Below are positions 26,496 to 35,413 of a DNA stretch of 35,413 bases, in pieces. The position numbers and the translations under genes were made by a program. The stretch spans positions 1-35,413 of the forward strand of contig LWCA01000266.1 in NCBI GenBank assembly GCA_001642005.1, written 5' to 3'. The stretch is from Intoshia linei. Lineage: Eukaryota > Animalia > Orthonectida. The notes under the pieces are model-generated. The model was given only the letters and a program-made list of their open reading frames with translations. It had not been told where the DNA came from and did not search any database. Every line of letters starts with the position of its first letter. The first letter of the stretch is position 1.

Positions 26496-27800
26496 CCGGC
26501 TAATTCCTCGTTAATGGAAAAAAATTTCTGATTAACGGACTGGGAATTTTTCTCAAGTACAAAAATTCCGTTAAATTTTAATTTAAAATTACATCATAAT
26601 TTTTAAAAACATCAGACTATTCGACGGAAACAGTTTTCATAAATCTCAATTTATTATTAATTCAACTTATATATTGTTAACGGTATTATGTGGTTATAAA
26701 ATATAATACATAAAATATTTGTGGATTATTAATAATTAAACCGTAAAATGAATACTTTGATTCTGATTAATATTAATTACATCCTGTTAGTTAGACATCA
26801 ATCAGACACCGATTATTCTTGTTTCATTATTATTAATTCAACATAAACAATTCATTTAATTTGATTTTAAACCATACACTGAGAATAATAAAAATGATTT
26901 TCTTTACAAAAAAAAACCAAATTTTGGATGATATCAAAATACACCAACAAAAATTTGTCTGTGAAAAGTATGGTTTTGCATCGTCAACTGTTTCAGATAA
27001 TAAAAAAAACGAAGAAAAGATTCTTAAACAATTTAATAAAAACACAATTATTGGAAATAAAAATAACAGTAAACGCATTATTAGCTTAGATAATGTAAAT
27101 GATATCTAATAATGTAATGTATCTGAAGGAAATGAATAGCGAAGATTGTGGTGGATTAAAAAAGTTCAAAGCCAGTGATGGATGGTTAAGATCATTCAAA
27201 CGTAGGTATGATATATCCAAAGGTATGAAACTATCTAATGTGGAGACAATGTTTTTACCTGCCAATACAACATCCATGTTACAACCATGTGATCAAAGTT
27301 TAATCTGGTCGTTTAAGTGTATTTATACACAATATATTAGTAGTGTATTATATTGTAGTGTGAAACATGAACTTATTAATAGTAAGATTATAATATAGCT
27401 ATGGATATTTATGTAAGTATACAATGAATTAAATTGTTATTGAATGGATTCAGAATTTTCTAAAAATACAGTATCATGTACCAGTACATTAAAGGGAGAG
27501 ATATATGATGATCGTTTAATATTAATAAAGTAATGATTATATTTTATAAGATAGCGAACAAAGTGGCCAAGATCCATTTACAACTTCTGATATAAGCTCA
27601 AACGATGATTTTGGAAATTTTACAGAATCGATACAACTCAACAATGTAATTAATAATGACAATAATACATTTGTCGAAGATACAAAAATATTGATTGATT
27701 ATGATTTTAAAGAGTATGAAAATTTGGAAAATATCTTAAATCTCAAAGATTTAGCAATGAAATCAAACAATTATCAGTATTTTTGAAATTTTCAAATATT
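26496..27800 (+). pseudogene. internally deleted pogo/Tigger (CENP-B/TIGD-like) transposase remnant
   Basis: HTH-psq-like EKYGFASSTVSDNKKNEEKILK, CENP-B HTH motif FKASDGWLRSFKRRY, and DDE_1 motif FLPANTTSMLQPCDQSLIWSFKCIY. The latter two are nearly adjacent, so most of the catalytic domain is deleted, and the frame is shifted. An eroded TA+TIR at 26494 resembles the 7636 MITE TIR. The right boundary is approximate. Confidence 0.88.
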
Positions 27801-27907
27801 AAAACTATTTTCATTGAAACTGTAATGCGGGAACTTTGATAATTTTTAAAGATTTATTTTTCATTTCTATTTAATGAAATGTAGTGTTGATCAAGTTCAT
27901 TACGTGA

Positions 27908-28230
27908 TTTACGATAATTTTTAGGATTGTACTGTTTTTACTTTATTTTTAAGATTATACACTCACTCATTCTCTCTTATAAATCAAAAAAATGGTATCA
28001 AAATTGTTTTTAAATTTTTTACACAAGTGTTAAAAAATAGAAATTAAGTGAGAATAATTCTCAAATTAAAAGTTAATATGAAATGACGGGTCCACGTGAA
28101 ACAAGTTTAGGAATCACTCCTTTAAAAGATTGATAATAGTGAATAGTAGCATTTTTTTGGTAAAATTAAAAACGTTCGCCCTCGGTAGATCTAATTGTTT
28201 TTTTTACAAAGTACATAACAGTCAATCTAG
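27908..28230 (+). repeat. direct repeat copy 2 (~320 bp)
   Basis: Colinear with 26122-26472. Confidence 0.85.
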
Positions 28231-28270
28231 TCTAGTATAATTTTGGATTCATTTACATATTTTTATTTAG

Positions 28271-28610
28271 AATAGTAATATCCGCTTGTTTGATGGGTTA
28301 CGAACATACGAAAACATTTGAGAAGAAATTTCACGATACTAAGATAATGTGCGAACATTACAAAAATTTGAAAATTGATTTGAATAAAGTGGTAAGGATA
28401 TTATTATTAAAACAGGGAAAATTTAATGGTTAGAACAAATAAAAAATATGCTTACAATGCATTGCAATGTAAGCCTTTCAGGTATTTATTAACATAAATT
28501 GTTAGGAAGAGGAAAAACTAAAAAATGTTCCTTTATCTGCAAAAGACTTTAAATCTAAGCAAATACTTATTCCTACAAAATCAAATAAAAGTAACTTACT
28601 TTATAATTAA
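28271..28610 (+). CDS. possible small orphan gene or 3' gene fragment; exons 28271(or ATG 28293)-28391 and 28506-28610
   Basis: TTTAG acceptor, an open 40-codon exon, GTAAGG donor, TAG acceptor and an in-frame 35-codon terminal exon (..MGYEHTKTFEKKFHDTKIMCEHYKNLKIDLNKV|EEEKLKNVPLSAKDFKSKQILIPTKSNKSNLLYN*). No family recognised. Confidence 0.35.
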
Positions 28611-28846
28611 AAACATTTAATTTTGAATGGAAGTATTGAAAACTGGTTCCAAATAAAAATTAAATATATAACGTACATTATATAATTAAATTTAGATTTA
28701 CAATAAAGTAAAGAATATTTAATATTATGTTTGTATATAAACTTCAACATGAAAAAAAATAAAAAATTTAATAAAATGTATTCAAAATAATTTACAAGTA
28801 TACAATTTAGTTTAACATTTTTCAAAATGAATAAGTACAAAATATT

Positions 28847-31800
28847 CTAATTTCGGTATTTTTTTGATGAACGTCTATCATAATTTTTACTTTGATTTTG
28901 GCGAAATTCATCAAATGAATTGTTTGACGTTTTATGGCCAATACCCAATAAACTATTTTGTCTAATTTCGGACTGCTGTACAATATCCACTTGGCCTTGT
29001 TCATTACACCCCAAGCCTTTCCCAGTCCATCCTAAAATAATTAATTTTAATGTTTAATTCATGCTAATTAGAGGCCATAGACAAATCTAACATTTTATGA
29101 GAATAAATAATTTGTTTATTATTATTATGTGAATAAAAAGTTTTTTTTACAAATTAAATTTATTTTATTTAATGAATAATATTAATATCAATTAAAAGCC
29201 ACCTAATTACAAAAAAAAAATTAAGTTTTCATCATTCCTAAAATTTATTAGATTAATTTTAGTGATCTGCCTAATAAATTGACACACTACGTACATAAAA
29301 ATATATAAATTATTATTACAACGTGTTAAAACTAGGAGGGTTTCATATTTCAACAACTAATATTTTTAGGCAGTTAGACACTTGCATCATATTAGTATAA
29401 TACAGGGTCGGTAACCTTTTGCGTCTAGTGGCCACTTTTTTATATTTAAAAATTCTACGGCTCCGTTTTTGAAAATGTACACATGATAAATTTTAATTTT
29501 AACTGAGAAGAAACGATTCACGTATATTCCACAAAATAATATCTAGGCCGGTCTGAAAATTCAGCATTATAATGAGCCAATTATAGTAGAAAATGTTTAA
29601 AATGGTGTTTAAAGGTTGAAAATTTTAAAAATAAATAATTTAGATAATTACTCAAAGGGCCACCAAAATTATCCTGTGGGCCACTGGTTGCCGATCCCTG
29701 CTATAATAGATAACTAATTATATGAAATGTGTATTGCGCATTTTTTTCATCCGACCGGGTCTAATATTGGCTCTCTATAGTGTTGAATACAAAATTTCAA
29801 CAATTTTATTAATCCGTGTCAACCAAAAAAATAAAAATACCCATATTCTCCATAATTTTTATTGCACTTGATTCGCTCTTTGTAGTAGGTATTGTATTCA
29901 CATCTGAGTTTCCATGTAGTGGTGGTGTAATTGAAGTTGATTGATCACTAGATGAAATTGAAGATGATCCACTATCAGAGAGATAACTGTCTGAAGAATG
30001 TGATCTAAATATTAAATAAATAGATACAGAAAGTGACTTGTCTTGGTTAACAAATAAGAATTGATTTATCCATAAATTAAAACCCCTGTCTTTGTTATAG
30101 TGTTATTACACTCTTTATATATATTTAATACAAAGTGGTACAGATTTAATTGCAAACAATACATTTTAAATTAGTGATTACATATTGTACCACTTTTATA
30201 AATATATTCGGTGAGAAACTTTATAAAAACTAGTAAAACAACATTTGTATATCTTAACATATTTGTAATACATGTATGTTAGTCAATGTTACCCTTTAAA
30301 AAATTGGCGACCTGACTGATTGAGACATTAAAATGATCATCAAAGATCTGTATCAAAAATAGATTTCTATTTAATCTAAGAATGAAAAAATTTACGATTT
30401 ATTTTCAATTTCTAGGCTTTTAGCATCTTTTTTCTTTTTAAAAATAACTGCTAAACTATTTTTATTCCAACCATCTCTAAAAACCATTAAATTCATAATT
30501 TTACAAAAACAAACAATGTTCGAGGATTATTAGGGTCGTCAGGTTGATAAAAGTCTTCAATAGCTTTTTTCAAAACATCGTCAGGTTGTTCTATATGCGG
30601 CATTATGAGATCTTCCGTATTCAATGGTTTATAATTATAACTTTCAGGCTAAAATATCAATATAAACAACATTAGAAACAATAAAATACTGGAATATGGT
30701 CCACCATAAGCCCAGCAGGCGTATCATAATAAGGCATTTTTGAAACCTTTGTAACTTTTTTATTTTTTTGTTTAACATCTACACCATGATAATAGTTAAC
30801 TAAATAATAAATACTGCATATATTAATCAATTTATCAAAATATACATTTAGTTTCGCAATTTGATCGGGTTGCTACTTCCATCAGAGGTATAATCTAAAA
30901 TGTTCACAAATTAAATATTGACATTGATAAAATATCAATTTGACGATAAAGATTATAAAAATTGCAAATTTACAGTAGTGTTAACAGATTTTAGTTCAGT
31001 TTGTTTCTCAGTCAAATTTTCAATTTGACTTTGTATATGAGTTTTGAATTGTTCATGTTGTCCTCTATACTCATTAAGACAATTTTCCAAGTGTTTAGTT
31101 AAATCATTAAGGTCTTCTCGGTGCTTTTCTTTTTCTTTATTTTCATAATCAGCAATTATATCCACATTATGCAGCGTCTAATTTGAATTAAAATGATACT
31201 TTTCCTATTGACTAAATATACCTCGATTATGGAAGCCGAAAATATGTTTTTATTTTTCCACAAGTCATGCAACTAGTATAATTTAAAAGTATTTCGAAAA
31301 TATAACCTTGTTTAATTTTACATTTTCTGGATCAGATACGATGACTTGTTTAGTATACGAAAAAAATAAATTGATGAATTTGGCAATGACCGCCAAGATA
31401 TTTAAAAATTTTTTACGATGGCTAAATTCATTATAATCAATAAACATTAACATGTAATATAAAAAATATAATGATATGTCACAGTGTCTCAAAAATAGGG
31501 TGTCTTGTAGGCTGTGAAAAACTTTTATATTACTTTAATTCGATGATGGATATTTTAAGTTTATATAAACCTAACGTATTTAACAATCCTGGTCATTGTT
31601 ACTAGCTAGTGACAACTTTTTATTTTATCAAATTTAAAAGATTACACATAATGAGAAATATCGTTGACTAAATACAATAAATGTAAACGGTTGGAAAAAG
31701 TTTGATCTTTTTTTTGAAGGCTAAAATTGAATTTATAAAAATAAAATGAATGTATACATTAGTAAAATGTATGAAAATACAATTTCATATTTTTCTACGT

Positions 31801-32056
31801 TATCACATTCAGCAATAATCCATTTTTTAGTGCTCTAAAAAAATAGAAATTATTATTAACAAATGAAAATATGAATGAATATTACTTGAACAATATCTTT
31901 GCTACAACGACTCATAAGTTTTGTCAAAATTTCATCAAATTTTAGTAAATCAAAATTAGAATTAGCGTTTACAAATTTTTCAATACGCATTTTATCAAAA
32001 TTTTTTTTTATAATATCCTAAATAAAATAATTATATAATATATCATCATTGACCAT
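28847..32056 (-). CDS. CHERP: CHERP (SCAF6), U2-associated splicing factor, ~459 aa; coding exons 32056-32054, 32017-31886, 31834-31758, 31720-31646, 31421-31307, 31272-31222, 31177-30974, 30894-30846, 30799-30690, 30648-30515, 30476-30396, 30004-29841, 29031-28847
   Basis: Spliced translation gives a CID domain (KFDEILTKLMSRCSKDIVQSTKKWI...RLHLLYLVNDISHYVHRKK...LHDLWKNKNIFSASII). It also gives the CHERP-typical block PYYDTPAGLM..YKPLNTEDLIMP..LKKAIEDFYQP..PRTLDGWNKNSL and a C-terminal G-patch (KIMENMGWTGKGLGCNEQG..GIG..FDEFRQNQS). All 12 GT-AG introns have matching phases; the total is 1380 nt. The ATG-only first exon is the least certain part. Confidence 0.9.
29403..29700. mobile_element. 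hAT (Buster-like) MITE in the last CHERP intron
   Basis: TIRs CAGGGTCGGTAACC / GGTTGCCGATCCCTG; TSD GTATAATA / CTATAATA. Confidence 0.85.
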
Positions 32057-32596
32057 ATAAAGGTTTCCAACGGATAATGGATTTAATTTAATTATAATTT
32101 ACTGAATAAAATTCATAATAAGTCAAAATGTCACAATGTGACGTTATAAAAATTTACATTTTGAAAGTTTTATTGCTCTTTACAATTTTTTCATTGATTA
32201 AAAACGTCCAAAAATGGACGTCTGCGAGTTTTTACGTTATTTTTATTAGCGCGAGCACTAAAGAATTAAGATAAACTTATCTGAGTTCTTCTCTGCCAAT
32301 CGTTACAAGTTTCGTTACCTTATCTGCTCCATTGTTGTTCTACTTGAAAATTCTGTTGTTAACTGACAGCAGAGCTAGGTGCTGTTTGTACGTAATACAT
32401 AACAGTGTCCCTAGAATTATATATTTTTGAATGTCATTCAACTTATGTTATGAGAAATATTCACTTAGTTAAAACCCAAAATCTAAAATCCAATTTTACC
32501 AACAAGATATGAAGATTGAATTATACCTTTAATTTAGATACTTGAACATGAAATATCTCATAAAAAACAATATACATGTCTTTCTTCTATCTATAA

Positions 32597-33126
32597 CAGT
32601 GGTTTTCAACCGGGGTCGCAAAATTTGTCAAAGGGGTTCGTGAGAATTTTATGAATATATTTTTTTTATTTTAATATATAATATTGACAGTAATAATATT
32701 AAGGAAATATTTTTACATTCTGTATTACAATTTTAAATGTTCTTCTTCACTCAATATATAAACTACATGTATTCCCGATAAAATAAAGGATGAAGTAAAA
32801 GATTTAATAAATGATTCCACTGCACTTAATATTTTCTATGAAAACCACTAAGTATTTTTTGGTGTGATATGATTGATTTATATCCAAATGAATTTACGAT
32901 CGCTTTGAGATTGCTACTATCTTTACAGTCAACTTATCTGTGTGAAGCAGGATTTTATACGCTTGTTCATATAAAAACAAAGCCAATAAACAGATTGAAT
33001 GTTAAGGATGATATGAGGCTCGCCTTATCGCATACACTGCCCAGAATATCAATAATTGTATCTAAAATGAAACCTCAAATTTCACATAAAGAAAATGAAT
33101 TTAGTTATTATAATACATTGTACTGA
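32597..33126 (+). mobile_element. deleted hAT (Buster/Charlie, ZBED5/SCAND3-like) element with transposase dimerisation-domain remnant
   Basis: Left TIR CAGTGGTTTTCAACCGGGG; ORF 32869-33126 STYLCEAGFYTLVHIKTKPINRLNVKDDMRLALSHTLPRI. Right TIR not found. Confidence 0.85.
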
Positions 33127-33356
33127 GTAGTGCTTAGTAAATACAGTATAAAATATAAATAAAACTGAATATAATTTTTAAATATTTTCATTTATGTGAA
33201 CTGATATTTGAACATGATGATGAAGATTCCGACAATGATCAAAATTGAAATTTTTAGCATTGCGAGTCAAGATTAAGAGTCAAACAATACAGATGATACA
33301 TCATCTAGTGGTGATAGTAGTGGGTCTGATTTTAATTATAAACTACCAGTAAGTAT

Positions 33357-34005
33357 TAGGGAATGATATTCGATTAATCGTTTACAATATTCGGAGAAAT
33401 ATAATCGGAATATATTTCGAATAATCGGATTTTCAAAAATTTATATATAAATAAACTAAATTCCTTTTTTGACCGTGAAGTCATCACTTATTCGCATTGA
33501 AATTTTTTATGTGTGTTAACAGGATATAACTGTATCACCTGTACATTTTTTAAATTCTAGGGCTGTGTTCATTAAAAAATAAAGAGTAATTTGTGGTTTT
33601 AGCCCTGAAGATATTTTTTTAAATTTAAATTTATAATAATGTTCATATTTTTAAAATCCGTATCAGCGTATATATTTTTTTAAATTCTCACTCGTTTGAT
33701 TTTCAAAAAGAAAGACAAGGGTTTTTGAACCGTAAGATGTGAGTTTGGGAGGTTAAAATTTATCTTATTATATGTCCCGGAAAAAACTGTAATTGAAATG
33801 TGGCCTTTATAAAATTCTAAGACTGGTAGTTATTTCAATAAAGTGGAACACACAAACAAAAATTGCGTAGCATATTATATAACTATAGAGTATTGGTTTT
33901 TATGTCAAAAATTTTAAATACCGATTAATCGGATAATCGTTGTTCAAATAACCGGAATTATTCGATAACCGGTTTTTCAAATTTTCAAATAATCAGGAAT
34001 CCATA
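33357..34005. mobile_element. hAT (Ac-type) MITE
   Basis: Termini TAGGGAAT / GAATCCATA with subterminal CGATTAATCG and AATAATCG repeats; TSD GTAAGTAT / GTAGGTAT. A second copy lies at 1-232 and similar internal repeats at ~13720-13940. Confidence 0.85.
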
Positions 34006-34013
34006 GTAGGTAT

Positions 34014-34507
34014 GTCAAATTATAATTTAAGCAATGCTTACGACAACGAGGCAAATACACTTATTAAAGAGTTCGACACTGAATAGAGTTTTCGATTTAT
34101 CAAATTGTGATGGTACTTTAAACGAATACATATTACTGCTTATGAAAAACTATGCAATAGTCAATTTGGAAATTCAAAACTACATAAAGGACGTTTACAA
34201 AGATCCTATGCAATTTAATAGTATCGTTAATAGTAAATTAATACCTATATATATTAATAATTAATTAATTAATATCATGAAAGAAATCTCAAATCCAGTT
34301 TTGATGAATACATGTAAAATAGCTCTAGAGTTTCGTTTATTCAAATATTTAAGAGATCCTTTATATATTTGTGCAACATTTTTGGATCCAAGATATAAAA
34401 CTGATGCTTTGAATAAATCAGGAATTGAATACGATTTATGTGTTGAAGCAATTCAAAAAATGATTTCTCAAAATCAAATCACCTCTACAACCACTACAAT
34501 ACAATAG
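34014..34507 (+). pseudogene. hAT (ZBED1/4-like) transposase fragment
   Basis: ALEFRLFKYLRDPLYICATFLDPRYK contains the hAT ATxLDPR motif; the frame is broken by stops. Confidence 0.75.
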
Positions 34508-34523
34508 TACACTAACAAAACAG

Positions 34524-34800
34524 TACAATAGAATAATTTGATTCGGGTACACTCATTTAAAGGTAAATAATCAAATGCATAATACGGTGAATTATTTAAA
34601 GGTGAACCATAATAAAAAATTACGTGGACCCGTAACGTTGGCGCACACTAACAAAACAGAATGATTGTGGTTTCTAGCCAAGAGAAGTATTGTAATTTGT
34701 ATAATTGTTATATACTTTTTAGGAAACAAAAACGAATGTGGAACTTCAATAAATGTATTGAGTTCATATTTAGCTGAATTCGTATGGAGAAGGCGGTTTA
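34524..34800 (+). pseudogene. Merlin (IS1016/ISXO2-like DDE) transposase C-terminal fragment with two apparent introns (34563-34601, 34692-34722)
   Basis: Reads FGYTHLK|VNHNK(N)YVDPVTLAHTNKTE*LWFLAKRSI|..GTSINVLSSYLAEFVWRRRF. This matches the Merlin/ISXO2 pattern GYxHxxVNHxxxFVDPxTxAHTNxIExxW..K..G..L..YLxEFxWR. Frameshifts and stops are present. Confidence 0.8.
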
Positions 34801-35222
34801 GAATTAGATACATTTATATAACTAAATAATAGATTCCACCAAGATACATCATTTAAATATATCATTGAACATATTTGTAAATTACACTATTGGAAAAAAG
34901 TATTGCACAATTTGCACATTGTTAAATAAAAATTGACTAAAAGTGCAAAATCTCGAAATTTAAATTATATAATAACAATAATAATATATATTTACAAAAA
35001 ATGTATGTAACATCACAACCAATGTTACCCATTTGTATATTAAAATAAACCATTATTTATTCATTCTAATTCTATTATTTAGCAACACGAATAAACAATT
35101 TATTATCAATCGCTGCAGAATATAAATCTTATTGTAATTTTCTGCATTAAAACATTAATCTACGATTCTTGTGCCGTACAAATTACTACAAAATTACAAT
35201 AATTACAAAGATTTTTAACAGC

Positions 35223-35413
35223 ATGGATAATATTGTTGATAATATTATCAAAAATCTAGTTAAGCCGCCAATAGATCTTATTCAGACAGATCGGAAATTA
35301 AGCATGGAACCAAACGTGTGGATCAAACAATATGAACAATTTTGGGATCTAATCGCAAAATCCTGCGCTGAAAAGAAAATAGAGGAAATCTGCATATTCA
35401 AAGCAGTCATGGG
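35223..35413 (+). mobile_element. 5' part of an ORF running off the window; probable Ty3/gypsy-type gag
   Basis: Open frame MDNIVDNIIKNLVKPPIDL..PNVWIKQYEQFWDLIAKSCAEKKIEEICIFKAVMG has a gag N-terminal-like pattern (PP..W...YE.F...G). It is preceded by AATAAA-containing sequence ending in CA and a possible eroded PBS (CGCTGCAG, 35111). Confidence 0.5.

Noticed and set aside
28822-29004. 60-aa minus-strand ORF
   Set aside because: It is the wrong frame of the CHERP terminal G-patch exon.
30290-30366. extra CHERP exon within the 391-nt intron
   Set aside because: The flanking exons already join in phase 2; candidate frames hit stops or give no CHERP-like or RS sequence.
21810-32056. alternative genetic code or stop readthrough
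   Set aside because: Both host genes translate cleanly with the standard code once short introns are removed; internal stops occur only in transposon relics.
34620-34635. 14-bp inverted match to the direct-repeat motif TTACGGGTCCACGT (26297)
   Set aside because: Here it encodes Merlin YVDPV, so the match is most likely coincidence.

Overview
Very AT-rich animal genomic DNA (standard genetic code, many 34-55 nt spliceosomal introns). This fits a compact invertebrate genome such as an orthonectid/dicyemid-type parasite, but the taxon is inferred only. Two host genes reconstruct by hand with consistent intron phases: a 3-exon BCL11 (BCL11A/B, Drosophila CG9650-type) zinc-finger transcription factor on + (21810-25792, ~781 aa), and a 13-exon, strongly shortened CHERP splicing factor on - (32056-28847, ~459 aa; CID and G-patch kept, SURP and RS regions apparently lost). 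The first ~21.7 kb has no recognisable host gene and holds hAT and pogo/Tigger MITEs (some nested, with readable TSDs) plus a modular minisatellite (16909-17959). The rest holds a deleted Tigger transposase between ~330-350 bp direct repeats and a possible small orphan gene. A transposon pile-up at the right end contains hAT remnants, an intron-containing Merlin transposase fragment and a gag-like ORF. No prokaryotic features, CRISPR, rRNA or tRNA were seen. All coordinates were counted by eye.
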